Shown in pieces: positions 13,030-25,433 of a DNA stretch of 64,000 nt (position 1 is its first letter; the number at the start of each line of letters is the position of its first letter). The notes under the pieces are model-generated. The model saw nothing but the letters and a program-made list of their open reading frames with translations. It was not told the DNA's origin and did no database searches. The translations under genes were made by a program, and so were the position numbers. The stretch covers positions 248,746,001-248,810,000 of the forward strand of contig NC_086097.1 of the NCBI RefSeq assembly GCF_963921235.1. Direction: 5' to 3'. The stretch comes from Mobula hypostoma (Eukaryota).

Positions 13030-14509
13030 CCAGTGTTAGACTGGTCCGGCTTTGGCTCAACAGACTTAGGTGAGAACAGGCTTGAGGTAGTAACATAGGC
13101 ACTAACAGAAAAAGATGGAGGTGTGTGCGTTTTGGTGAATTCTCCTTAGCGTACCAACATGATGGTTCTGTCAAACTGTGTTCCCCTGACTTGGAACACC
13201 TGTCAATCAAATGAATGTCAATCAAACACCTGTCAATCAATTTTATTTGCCTCAGGAGTTCTGGTGATCTTAACTGCAGTTCATATACTGTAGCACCAGC
13301 AGCCAGCTGGAAGAAATCACCCGAGACACTGCACGATGTTGCCTGTAGACAAGAAACAGCCCATCCCAACGCATTTCAAAATATTGTTGGAGACTTCAAC
13401 CAGGCCTATTTGGAGAAAACCCTGCCCAGTTATCACCAGCATATAATCTGTAGCGCCAGAGATCCCAGCATACTAGACCACAGTTACACTACGATGAGGA
13501 ATGCCCATCGTTCCTTGCCTGGACCGCATTTTGGTAAGTTGACCACGAGGCAGTCCTCCGACTACCTGCCTGAAAGGCAAGGCTCCAGAAACCAAGATAG
13601 CAAAGATGTGGTCACGGGCAGCGGAATAATTACAGGTTTGCTTTAAGCCAATGGACTGGGCCGTGTTCAAGCTCTCATCTGTGGATCTGATCAACTATAC
13701 CAGGGTTGTAACAGACTTTATTAAAACATCTGTAGGTGAGTGTGTCCCCACAAAATCATTCTGGGTTTACCCCAAACAAAAGCCCTGGAAGAACAATGAA
13801 ATCCAGAATCTGCCGAGAGCCAGATCAGAGACATTCAAGTCTGGAGATCAAGCATGCTACAAGAGGTACAGGGATGATCTCTGGAAAGTCATTTCATGGG
13901 CAGAGTGGAGATTCCAGTTTAAACCAAAATCCTCGAGGGGTGCTTGACAGCTCTGGCAGGGTTTGAATGCCATAACCCCCTACAAAGTTAAATCTTGCAA
14001 CGTCTTAGTCCCCTACTCTACATGCTTTACACTTATGATTGTGTGACTAAGTACTGTTCCAATACCATATAAAAGTTTGCTGATGACACCACTGTTGTGG
14101 ACCATATCAAAGGTGGTGATGAATCAGCATACAGGAGGGAGATTAAAAATCTGGCTGAGTGGTGTAATAACAACAACCTCTCACTCAATGTCAGCAAGAC
14201 AAAGAAACTGATTGTAGACCAGGAGGGGGATTCCAGAGGTCCGTGAGCCAGTCCTTACCATTGGATCAGAGGAGGAGAGAGTCAGTAACTTCAAATTCCT
14301 GGGTGTCACTATCTCCTGGACCCATCATATAAATATAATTGCAAAGAAAGCACAACAACACCTTTACTTCCTTAGGAGTCTGCAGAAATTCGGCATGACG
14401 TCAAAAACTTCGATAAACTTCAGTAGATATGTAGTGGAGACTGCATCACAGCCTGGTATGGGAACACTAATGCCTTTGAATGGAAATTCCTACAAAAGGT
14501 ATTAGATTC

Positions 14510-14685
14510 CCTCCAAGCAACACACACAAAATGCTGGAGGAACTCGGCAGGCCAGGCAGCATCTATGGAAAAGAGTAAACAGTTGACATTTCAGTTTGAG
14601 ACTCTTCATCAGGACTGCTGAGATCCACCATCATTTTGAGTGTGTTGCTTGGTCTTCCAGCATCTGCAGATTTTCTCTTGTTTGT
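14510..14685. mobile_element. Penelope fold-back mini-insert
   Basis: Minus pLTR arm ending at the hammerhead (CATCAGGACTG, 14617) followed by a plus-strand pLTR terminus; GATTC-containing duplication. Confidence 0.75.
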
Positions 14686-14938
14686 GGATTCGGTCCAGAA
14701 CATCACAGGTAAAACCCTCCCAACTATTGAGCACATCTACATGAAACGCTGTTGTAGGAAAGCAGCATCCACCTTCAAAGACCCTCACCACCCAGACCAT
14801 GTTCTTTTCTCACTTCTGCCATCAGGTAGAAGGTATAAGAGCCTCGGGACTTGCATCAGAAAGTTTAAGAACAGTTATTACCCCTCAATCATCAGGCTCT
14901 TGAAGAAAACTCATCTATTGGGATGTTCCCAAAACCAA

Positions 14939-15029
14939 CGATGAAGGGTCTCGGCCCGAAACGTCGACTGTACCTCTTCCTAGAGATGCTGCCTGGCCTG
15001 CTGCATTCACCAGCAACTTTGATGTGTGT
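14939..15029 (+). mobile_element. Penelope pLTR arm starting inside the hammerhead core
   Basis: GATGAAGGGTCTCGGCCCGAAACGTCGACTG...GATGTGTGT inserted in the Rex1 tail. Confidence 0.75.
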
Positions 15030-15775
15030 ATCTCACTTTAAGGACTCTTTATCCTACTTATTTCATGCTCTAGTTATTTATTACTATCTATTTATATTTG
15101 CATTTGCACAGTTTGTTGTCTTCAATGCTCTACTTGATATTTCATTGATCCTTGTTATTGTTACTTTTCTATAGGTTTGCTGCGTATGCCAACAGGAAAA
15201 TGAATCTCAGAGTTATATGTGGTTGCATCCATGTATTCTAAGAATAAAATTTACTTTGACTTTAGCTAGTGTGCAGAGTGCAGAGTGGGTGCAGAGTCAG
15301 TGGTATGTTCCTTGCGTGAGATGTGGGAACTTAGGGAGACTTCCAGTCTTCATTAAGACTACATTCTGTATGCACAAAGTGCACTGAGCTGCATTTCCTT
15401 AGAGAGTATGTTAAGGAACTGGAGCTGGACCTCAACGACCTTCAGCTCATACAAGAGAACGAGGAGGTAAGAGATAGGAGCTACAGTGAGGTAGTCACTC
15501 CTAAGATACCTGGGTGACTGTCGGGAGGGGGAAAAGGAAAAGGCAGTCAGTGCAGTGTACCCCTGTGCCCATTCCCCTCAATAATAATTTGGACAATGTT
15601 GGGAGGATGGGTCAGCCTGCCAGGGAGAAGCCACAGCACTCAATGTGGACATGTGGCTCAGAAGGAAAGAGGGGAGAAGAAGTAAGATGTAGTGATAGGG
15701 GTTTTGTTGCTCATGGGAAAAGGAAGGAGATTCTGTGGATGGGAATAAGCTTCCCAGATGGTATGTTTCCTCCTG

Positions 15776-15963
15776 CAACACATATCGAAGTTGCTGGTGA
15801 ACGCAGCAGGCCAGGCAGCATCTCTAGGAAGAGGTACAGTCGACACTTTGGGCTTTGACCCCTCGTCAGGACCGTTTCTACCTCTAGAGAGAAAAGAAAT
15901 CGTTCACCAGCAACTTTGATGTGTGTTGCTTGAATTTCCAGCATCTGCAGGATTCCTCGTGTT
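15776..15963. mobile_element. Penelope fold-back mini-insert
   Basis: Inverted arms; 14-bp TSD TATGTTTCCTCCTG at 15762-15775 and 15964-15977. Confidence 0.85.
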
Positions 15964-16353
15964 TATGTTTCCTCCTGGGTGCCTGGATCCCGGACATCTT
16001 GGATCGAGCCCTCAGCATTCTTAAACGGGAGGGTGAACAGCCAAAGGCCAAGGTCCTAGCTGATACCAATGACACCGGTAGGGTGGGTGACGACGTCCTG
16101 GAAAGTGAGCTCAGGAGGTTAGGTGTTACGTTAAAGGACAGGACCGCAGGGTTGTGTTCTCGGGATTGCTATCTGTGCCACATGCCAGAGAGGCCAGAAC
16201 TAGGAAGACTATGCAGTTTAACATGTGGAAGAGGGAGGTTGTCAGATTTTTGGATCATTGGGCTCTCTTCCAGAGGAGGTGAGACCTGTATAGAAGGGAC
16301 GGTTTGTACTTGAACTGAGGGATATTAATATGTTAATGGAAAGGATTCTCTAC

Positions 16354-16974
16354 GGAGGGAGGAGAAGATGGCGGCGCAACGCAGCGCGCGCAGCCATTCC
16401 GAATGAATATGTGTAACTAGGGGTGTCGTGCACAATCCGGATTTGATGGGGACAGCCGTGAGAAGCGCAGAGGAACATCTGGAGTAACTTCTGAAATGCC
16501 TGCTTCGCTGCCGCTGCTACTGTGCGATCGAGAATCTCCGGAGACGAAGGCCCCAACTCCTCAGCTTTGCGTATCGCCTGTTGCTGGGGCCGGGGTCGAA
16601 GCGCTTGGCAGAGATGGTGCTCGGTGTCGGGAGGTGATCGGAGGCTCGGAGTTTTTCGGACGGACTCAGAGTCGGACTGAGGTCGGATGCTTCCAGGATG
16701 CTGCATCGGCAAGTTGATGGCACTGGAGGTTTACCGTCTGCGTGAGATGATGGGACTTTCGAGAGACTCTGAGATTTTTACCGTGTTATGGTCTGTTCTA
16801 ATCAAATTACGGTATTGCTTTGCACTGTTGTAACTATATGTTATAATTATGTGGTTTTTGTTAGTTTTCAAGTCGGTCTGTCATGTGTTTTCATGATATC
16901 ATTCTGGAAAAATATTTTTGTCATTTCTTAATGCATATATTACTAAATGACAATAAAAGGGTGTCCTCATAATC
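16354..16974 (+). mobile_element. YY1-head non-coding retroposon, copy 2
   Basis: Starts GGAGGGAGGAGAAGATGGCGGCG; ends AATAAA...GTGTCCTCATAATC. Confidence 0.8.
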
Positions 16975-18488
16975 ATACTTATACTGCTGCAAAGGTGGGG
17001 GGGGGAGTTAAACTGGAGTTGCAGAGGCATAGGATCCCGAGGGCCAGGAGAGTGGAGTGGTTGTAGAGAAAGATGTTATTAAGCCTAAGCCTACATTTAA
17101 GGTTAGAAATGAAAAAGCTGAGCATGGTTGCACTAAAATCCTGAGCTGCATATATTTCAATGCAAGGAGTGTTGTAGGACAGGCGGATAAGCTTGGATTA
17201 ACACCTGGAATTAGCTGGTGGGGGGCAGGACTAGCAGCTCAGGGGTTCCATTGTTTTAGACATTTAGAAGTGTTACTAGTCAGGATAGTACTAGAGTACT
17301 CGTCCAGTGAGACTTCATAGGTAGAAATGAGGCATAAGAAAGTTATGGCCATGTTAATAGGAATAAATTACAAACCGTGAGACTTTGAGGAGAAAAACCG
17401 TAGAGAAATCACAAACTGTTGCAAGAAATTTAAGGTTGTTATTGTAGGTGATTTTAACTTTTCACATATTGACTGGGAATCTCATACTGTAAAAGGGCTG
17501 AATGAGAAAGAGTTTGTTAAGTGTGTTCAGGAAAATTTCCTCAATCAGTACATAAAAGTCCCAACAAGAGAGTTAAATTCGATCAGCAAATAAGACAGGG
17601 CAGGTGACAGAAGTAGGGGGACACTTTGCAACTTTTGATTAGTTTCAAGGTGATGTAATTATGGAAAAGTATAGGTCTGGACGCAGGTTGAGATTCTGAA
17701 ATGGAAAAAGGACAATTTTGATGGTATCAGAAAGGATCTGGCAAGTCTGGATTGGGACAGGCTATTTTCTGGCGAAGGGGTACTTGGAAAGTGGGAGGCC
17801 ATCAAGAGTGAAATTTTGGGAGTAGAGAATTTGTATGCTCCTCTCAAAATAAAGGCAACAACAACAGGTTTTGAGAACCTTGGTTTGCGAGAGATATTGA
17901 GGCCCTGGTTTAGACAAAAAGGAGGTGCATAGCAGGTATAGGCAGGTAGGAACAAATGAGGTGCTTATGGAGGATAAGAAATGCAAGAGAACAGTTAGGA
18001 AAGAAATCAGGAGGGCTAAAAGAAGGCATGACCTTTCCCTAGCAGACAAGGTGAAGGAGAATCCTAAAAGGTTTCTACACATATATTAAAACCAAAAGGA
18101 CAAAATTAGCCATCTGGCAGATCAGAATGGTAATCCATGTGTGGAGCCAAAAGAGATGGGGGAGATCTTAAATGATTTTTTTGCATCTTTATTTACTCAG
18201 GAGACAGACACAGAGTCCACAGAAGTGAGACAAAGCAGAAACAACTTCGTGGCGCCTATACAGATTACTGAGGATGAGGTGTTTGCTATCCTATAGCAAA
18301 TTAGGGTGGATAAATCTCCAGGACCTGACAAGGTGTCCCCTTGGATCCTGTGGGAGGCAAGTGCAGAAATTGCAGAGGCCCTGGCAGAGATATTTAAAAC
18401 GTCCTTAGCCACGGATGAGTTACCGATGGATTGGAGTGGGAAAATTATTTGAAGATATTCTAAAGGACTGGTTTGAGAAATATTTGGA

Positions 18489-19100
18489 TAGATTAGATTA
18501 GATTATGAGCACACGCAGTCCTCTTTTACTGTCATTTAGTAATGCATGAATTAAGAAATGATGCAATATTCCTCCGGTGTGATATCACAGAAACACAGGA
18601 CAGACCAAGACTGAAAAACTAACAAGACCACATAATTATGACATATAGTTACAACAGTGCAACAATACCATAACTTGATGAAGAACAGTCCATGGCAGAG
18701 TAAAAAAGTTCATCAAAGTTTCTCGAAAGTCTCACATCTCATGCAGACGGGAGAAGGAAGAAATCTCTCCCTGCCATGCCCGACCACAGTCCGACTCTGA
18801 GTCGTTCGAAAACTTCAAGCCCTCCGATACCGAGTACCGACCACCATCTCTATCCGAACGCTTCGACCCCAGCCTCGGTCGCCAGCAGCAGGCAAAGCTG
18901 GGGATTTTGGGGCCTTCCCTCCAGAGATCCTCGATCGCACAGTAGCAACGGCAGCGAACTAGGCATTTCAGAAATTTCTCCAGATGTTCCTTTGCTTCTC
19001 ACGTCTGTCTTCATCAAATCAGAAATGTTCACAGCCCCTATTTAACAGATGCGATATCATTTCACCGGAGAGCTGCGTTGCACTGCCATCTTCTCCTCCC
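18489..19100 (-). mobile_element. YY1-head non-coding retroposon, copy 3
   Basis: (TAGAT)n tail on the left, GCCATCTTCTCCTCCC head on the right; interrupts CR1 ORF2. Confidence 0.8.
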
Positions 19101-21680
19101 TAATCGGACAGGTACTGATTAGGGATAGTCAACATGGCTTCGTGCGTGATAAGTTGTGTCTAACCAATCTTGTAGAGTTTTTTCAGGAAGTTACCAGAAA
19201 AGTTGAGTTACCAGAAAAGAGCAAGGCAGAGGATGTTGTCTACATGGACCTTAGCAAGGTCCAACAAGGAAGCTGGTCGAGAAGATTCAGTCACTCAGCA
19301 TTGAAAATGAGATTGTAAATCGGATTAGACATTGGCTTCGTGGGAGAAACCAGACTGGTAGTAGATGGTTGCCTCCCTGGCTGGAGGCCCTGGACTAGTG
19401 GTGTGCCACAGGGATTGGTGCTGGGTCTGTTGTTATTTGTCATCGATATCAATGATCTGGTTGATAATGTGGTTAACTGAAACAGCAAACTGGCGGATGA
19501 TACCAAGACTGGGGGTGCGGCAGACAGTGAGGAAGGCTATCAAAGCTTACAGCAGGATCTGGACCAGCTGGAAAAATGGGCTAAAAAGATGGAATTTAAT
19601 ACAGGCAAGTGTGAAGTGCTGCACTTTGGGGGGATAAAAACCAGGGTAGGTCCTACACAGTGAACGGTAGAGCACTGAGGAGTGCGGAAGAACAAAGGGA
19701 TCTGGGAATACAGGTCCATAATTCATTGAAAGTGGTGTTACAGGCAGATAGGGACATAAAGAGAGTTTTTGGCACATTGGCCTTCATATATCAATGTTTT
19801 GAGTATAGGAGATGTTGAAGTTGTGTAAGGCATTGGTGAGGCCTAATTTGGAGTATTGTGTGCAGTTTTGATCAGTACCTACCGAAAAGATATACATGAG
19901 GTTGAAAGAGTGCAGAAAAAATTTACAAGGATATTGTCAGGACTTGAGGACCTGAGTGATAAGGAAAGGCTGAATAGGTTAGGACATTATTCCCTAGAAC
20001 TTTGAAGATGGAGGGGTAAACAAAAGTATGAGGGGTATAGATAGGATAAATGTAAGCAGGCTTTTTCCACTGAGGTTGGTTTGGGTGGGACTTCAACAAC
20101 TAGAAGTACAAGAACAAGAGCAGGAGTATCTTTGCTCAGAGGGTGGTGAGAGGGTGGAATGAGCTGCCAGTGAGAGTGATGGATATGCACACGTGGATGG
20201 GAGCGGTATCGAGGGCTATGGTCCGGGTGCAGGTCGATGGGAGTAGGCAGATTAATGGTTCAGCACAGACTAGGAGGACCAAAGGCCCCATTTCTTTAGG
20301 AGAAATGTTGTAGGACTCTATAACAACAAACATTCACAGGACTGACTCCTTGTGTTATTCCCTATTATAGACAGTAAACTGTAATAAGTTTTCATGTATA
20401 ATCGGTCATCTCAGACTCTGGTCTGACCAAGTGGTTCCTTATGTCCAATCTATCCTCTCTGTTGGAGCGTGGGATAGTGAAACCCACAAGAAATCTGCTT
20501 GTAAAAACAATAAACAATCATGTTCTCCGCATTGATTTCCTCTCATTGGAACCACATGTACAACTCACAGGGTAGTCGAGCTCCACTGATGATGTTTGCA
20601 AACATCTTAAGCACTGACTGACCCCATGCTAAGAGAGCAGGATTAAAATGCTGTTGCCTGGGGCTGAGGGCCCAGTTGAGTCAGGGCTTTTCACCTTTCT
20701 TTCCGTGGGGCTGAATCAAAATAAAATCCGGCTGAAACATAAAGCCGACTGCTGATTTACTGTGGTTCTTTTACACGGGAGCTGGGAGCCAACATCAACC
20801 AACCGTGTGTACTCTTTCCTCTTTAACCTCACTGGCCCTCAGTGTCCCTGACGGTAACCAGAAGAAATACTTCCTCCAATCACTGGCTGATCAGTAGTTG
20901 GGGAAATCAATAACAGCCAACCCCAAGATCTCAGAGTAACATCAGGAATCTAGCATCACTCCAATATTTTAATCACAAGGTCATAAGAAATAGGAGCCAA
21001 ATCAAACCATTCGACCCATCAGTTCTGGTCCGTAATTCGATCATGGCTGGTTTATTTTCCCTCTCAACTCCATTCTCCGGCCTTCTCCCCATAACTTTGA
21101 CCTTATTACTAATCAAGAAGCTATCAACCTCCACTTTAAATATACCCAATGCCCCAGCACAGCCTTGGACTATAGTAGTTTTGATGCAACCAACACATCT
21201 CACTTCATGTTTCACTATACAAAACCGTGCAAAAGTCTTAGGAACGTATATATAATCAGGGTGCTGTTATAAGAATCACCCCTTGTAATAATGATCAAAG
21301 AGGCACAGAGAATCTGTATTTACCAACAAGTAACTTTTATTGTTTCAATGAAAAAGCATGTGGGTTCACAAACTAACTATCTGTGTGCACCCCACTAGAA
21401 TCCCTGACCCTCCAAGAACAATCAGTGAAGAGAAATGGTGTTACCCGGGAAAGGAATCTACACTAGCCAAGTATTCCTCATGGTCCCAATCTCCACACAT
21501 CCATGGGGTCTTCTTCATCCAAGATGGTTGGTCTCTGGTTGCTGGAGAGTTATCGCCCCTGCATTTTTGGAGCTCCTGATTCCAACCCATTGGCTCAAGG
21601 TCTCCTGACCTACCTGGGTCACCTTCTTCAAAGTTGCTGGTGAACGCAGCAGGCCAGGCAGCATCTCTAGGAAGAGGTGC

Positions 21681-21716
21681 AGTCGACGTTTCAGGGCGAG
21701 ACTCTTCATCAGGACT
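21681..21716 (-). ncRNA. Minimal type-I hammerhead ribozyme
   Basis: Sense strand AGUC-CUGAUGA-agagucucgcccu-GAAA-C-GUC-GACU: intact core, stem I AGUC/GACU, palindromic ACGU at stem III. Confidence 0.75.
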
Positions 21717-22017
21717 AACTGAAGGAAGAGCTAGTAAGAGATTTGAAAGTGGGAGGGGGAGGGGAAGATCCAAAATGATAGGAGAAGACAGGAGGGGGAG
21801 GGATGGAGCCAAGAGCTGGACAGGTGATTGGCAAAAGGGATATGAGAGGATTATGGGACAGGAGGCCCAGGGAGAAAGAAAGGGGGAGGGGGGGAAACCC
21901 AGAGGATGGGCAAGGGGTATAGTCAGAGGGACAGAGGGAGAAAAGGGAGGGGGAGAGAGAGAGAGAATGTGTGTATATAAATAAATAATGGATGGGGTAC
22001 GAGGGGGAGGTGGGGCA

Positions 22018-22368
22018 TTAGCGGAAGTTAGAGAAGTCAATGTTCATGCCATCAGGTTGGAGGCTACCCAGACGGAATATAAGGTGTTGTTCCTCCAACC
22101 TGAGTGTGGCTTCATCTTTACAGTAGAGGAGGCCGTGGATAGACATGTCAGAATGGGAATGGGATGTGGAATTAATATGTGTGGCCACTGTGAGATCCTG
22201 CTTTCTCTGGCGGACAGAGCGTAGGTGTTCAGCAAAGTGGTCTCCCAGTCTGCGTTGGGTCTCGCCAATATATAGAAGGCCACATTGGGAGCACCGGACG
22301 CAGTATATCACCCCAGCCGACTCACAGGTGAAGTGTTGCCTCACCTGGAAGGACTGTCTGGGGCCCTG
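22018..22368 (-). pseudogene. Penelope GIY-YIG endonuclease domain (5'-truncated ORF, frame open)
   Basis: GVIYCVRCSQCGLLYIGETQRRLGDHFAEH...H...H...EEQHLI...GMNIDFSNFR*: GIY-YIG motifs with Cys/His zinc ligands. Confidence 0.85.
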
Positions 22369-22469
22369 ATCTCCCAATGGCCACACATTTTAATTCCTGT
22401 ACCCTCTCTAAGTCTTGCACATCCTTTCTATAATGAGGCTGCAAGAAAGCAGTTCATGTCCTGCAAGTT

Positions 22470-22925
22470 TAAAATTCAAAGTTAGAAGAAAATTTATTAT
22501 CACAATATACATCCCTGTGCATTTTCTTGTAGGCATACTCAACAAATCTATAGAATAATAACCATAACAGAATCAATGAAAGACCAACCAACTAGGGCGT
22601 TCAACCAGAGTTCTGAAAACAACAAGCTGCAAATACAAAAAGAGAAAAATATAGTAAATAAATAAGCAATAAATATCAAAAACATGAGATGAAGAGTCTT
22701 TGAAGGGAGGTCTATTGGTTATGGGAACATTTCAATGATGGGGCAAGTGAAATTGAGTGTGAAGTTATCCCCTTTGATTCAAGATCCTGAGGGTTGAGGT
22801 CTTGCTACAAAATGCTACAACTGTTCCTGAGGCTCCTGCATCTTCTTCCTGATGGCAGCAACAAGAAGAGAACACATCTTGGGCGGTGGGGGTCCCTGAT
22901 GATGGATGCTGCATTCCTGCAGGTC
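22470..22925 (-). mobile_element. Rex1-type LINE 3' fragment
   Basis: AASIIRDPHRPRCVLFLLLPSGRRCRSL and a tail similar to 4160-4600. Confidence 0.65.
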
Positions 22926-23610
22926 AGAGCAAAAGTTTCTGTATAGCATTCCCGGTGCAAAATGGTCACACAGAACTCCCCCTTCCCTCCAGAGACTGAC
23001 CATACAAGGACCATAATAACCAGGGTTCCTGGTCCCAATCAGACCCACACATTCCATTCTGTTTTGCAGAAAAACATGTTTCTGGTCAGAGTACACAATG
23101 TCAGGCCCAGGGAGATCCAAAAGATTAGCTTTATTTGTCACATGTACATTGAACTCAACTTCATTTGCCCTATCATTGAAATTTTCCCACAGCCAATGGG
23201 CTCACTTTCAAGGTCTCCACATCTTGTTTTTGGTATTTTATTGCTATTTATTTATATTTGCATTTGCATAGTTCGTTGTCTTCTGCACTCTGTTTGAACA
23301 GCCTCCTTGGGCAGTCTTCCATTGATCCTATTATAGTTACTATTCTATAGATTTGCTGAGTCTGCCCACAAGAAAATGAATCTCAGGGTCGTATATGGTG
23401 AAATATATGTACTTTGATAATAAAATTTACTTTGAAACATCAAAACATACTGTAAAATGTGTCGCTGTTGTCAAAGACCATCACAGTCGATGGATGCAGT
23501 GGGGGCAGTTTGCAAGTATCACCAGGTTTCGAGCACCTGCATGTGTTTAATTACAACAGAAAGCTCTTGCATCTGGGTCAATTAGGCAGAAAGACACAAA
23601 TTCCTATTAT

Positions 23611-24240
23611 AGTCATAGTCATAGTCATACTTTATTGATCCCAAGGGAAATTGGTTTTTGTTACAGTTGTACCATAAATAATTAAATAGTAATAAAACCA
23701 TAAATAGTTAAATAGTAAAATGTAAATTATGCCAGGAAATAACTCCAGGACCAGCCTATTGGCTCAGGGTGTCTGACCCTCCAGGGGAGGAGTTATTAAG
23801 TTTCATGGCCACAGGCAGGAATGACTTCCTATGACGCTCTGTGTTGCATCTCGGTGGAATGAGTCTCTGGCTGAATGTACTCCTGTGCCCAACCAGTACA
23901 TTATGTAGTGGATGGGAGACATTGTCCAAGATGGCATGCAACTTGGACAGCATCCTCTTTTCAGACACCACCGTCAGAGAGTCCAGTTCCATCCCCACAA
24001 CATCACTGGCCTTACGAATGAGTTTGTTGATTCTGTTGGTGTCTGCTACCCTCAGCCTGCTGCCCCAGCACACAACAGCAAACATGATCGCACTGGCCAG
24101 CACAGACTCGTAGAACATCCTCAGCATCGTCTGGCAGATGTTAAAGGACCTCAGTCTCCTCAGGAAATAGAGACGGCTCTGACCCTTCTTGTAGACAGCC
24201 TCAGTGTTCTTTGACCAGTCTAGTTTATTGTCAATTCGTA
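23611..24240 (-). mobile_element. 5'-truncated Rex1/Babar LINE, relatively young
   Basis: Open frame LRRLRSFNICQTMLRMFYESVLASAIMFAVVCWGS...HPLH...RCNTERHRKSFLP; (GACTAT)n tail. Confidence 0.8.
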
Positions 24241-24484
24241 TTATTATCTACTTAAAACTACATTTACCAGGGCAGAAGAAAACAAGAATTAAAATACTGA
24301 TCTAGGTGTGTGTAGGCCCCTCTCTCTGCAGCACAGCTCCCATTCTGCTGATACATGGCACTGTTTATGGCCAGCCCTTTGCTGAGGCATTGAGCTATCC
24401 CCAAATCCCACAAACACTCCATTCCCTTTCTTCCATTGTCTTCTGTCCTCTCCTACCAGCTTCCCAATTCTCCGGCCCTTGTCT

Positions 24485-24680
24485 GCCTGGTGTCAGTGGT
24501 CTTGTGATATGACCAGGACTTGTGATCTGCACCGGCTGCTCATACGACCATCATGTGACCCTGATGAGGTGGGAGGGGGGGGTGTCTGAACAGGGGCTAC
24601 ACCTCGCCCAAGGGTGACCTGCCGGCTAGAGGAGGGAAGGAGCACATTACACCTCCTCTCGTAGAGACGTATCTCCACCC
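24485..24680 (-). mobile_element. RTE-related SINE-like element, 5' part
   Basis: Homologous to 57014-57340, 46415-46743 and 31225-31535 (GGTGGAGATACGTCTCTAC head). Confidence 0.65.
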
Positions 24681-24855
24681 GGCCACTCTAACTGTACGCG
24701 TCTTGCTTTGTAAGAGGAAACGGACACCGTCCGGGCTCCTCACACTGTGAACCCCAGTCAGTGGTGCTGCAGAGTGTTACGGTAACTACTCCACATCAGT
24801 CATGTGCTTTACTGTGCTGCCGTGCTAGCTACGGGCTAGTTTATGACTTTGTGAT

Positions 24856-25433
24856 TGTCACAACCAGCGCAGCAGATCCAGCAATTGCGCTCAAGAATAT
24901 GCACGAGTCAGCTAATTATTATTTCATTGTGATTGAGCTGTCGCGTCAACTGACTCTGAAAACCGGCAGTGTTCGTTTTATGCAACACACATCAAAGTTG
25001 CTGGTGAACGCAGCAGGCCAGGCAGCATCTCCAGGAAGAGGTACAGTCGACATTTCGGGTCGAGACCCTTCGTCAGGTCTGACCTGGCCGTACAGTCCTG
25101 ACGAAGGGTCTCGGCCCAAAACGTCGACTGTACCTCTTCCTAGAGATGCTGCCTGGCCTGCTGCGTTCACCAGTAACTTTGATGTGTGTTGCTTGAATTT
25201 CCAGCATCTGCAGAATTCTTTGTGTTTGGTATTCGTTTTATATTTAGTTATTCCTTTTTCAGCCGCAGTGTAGGCTTCGTTTTCCATTTGAGAGTTTTAG
25301 TTAACGGCCCTGTTTCGCCAAGCGTTTATTATTTTCCTTACCTTCTAACTCTGGTCACATTAAGGTCTGTGAACTGTCGACCCACTTCAGTGCCTCTCGC
25401 ACCGCACTTGGGCCATATCCGAACGTGCTGACA
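24856..25433 (+). repeat. 5' LTR of chromovirus (contains Penelope insert)
   Basis: TGTCAC...CTGACA termini; aligns to 29784-30186. Confidence 0.85.
24982..25227. mobile_element. Penelope fold-back mini-insert with two opposed hammerhead motifs
   Basis: ~96-bp inverted arms at 24982-25077 and 25097-25192; TTCGTTTTAT duplicated at 24972-24981 and 25232-25241; absent from the 3' LTR. Confidence 0.9.

Larger units (their letters stand above)
13100..15265 (+). mobile_element. Rex1/Babar LINE, degenerate with internal deletion
   Basis: Endonuclease VGDFNQA...LDHSYT; DWAVF...KPW; RT KFADDTTVV at ~14070; C-terminal HPDHVLFSLLPSGRRY; AATAAA and TTTGAC tail. Confidence 0.8.
6340..20330 (+). mobile_element. 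Near full-length degenerate CR1 LINE split by nested insertions
   Basis: 5'UTR-like sequence at 6340-6406 rejoins at 12928-12935 and 13030-13090 (GGAGTGGGCCA|GTGTTAGA). ORF1 remnant ~15280-16320. ORF2 endonuclease from ~17140 (SCIYFNARSVV). RT QHGF, GVPQG and LADDTK motifs at 19130-19510. 3' tail near 20300. Linking the 5'UTR to the body is less certain than the body itself. Confidence 0.7.
21627..22397 (-). mobile_element. Penelope-like element (Neptune-type) 3' portion
   Basis: GIY-YIG endonuclease, polypyrimidine tract and pLTR with hammerhead; short inverted duplicate of 22168-22197 at 22370-22397. Confidence 0.9.

Noticed and set aside
21265..22440. Possible solo LTR surrounding the Penelope element
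   Set aside because: Starts TGTTAT, but the right terminus and TSD could not be established.
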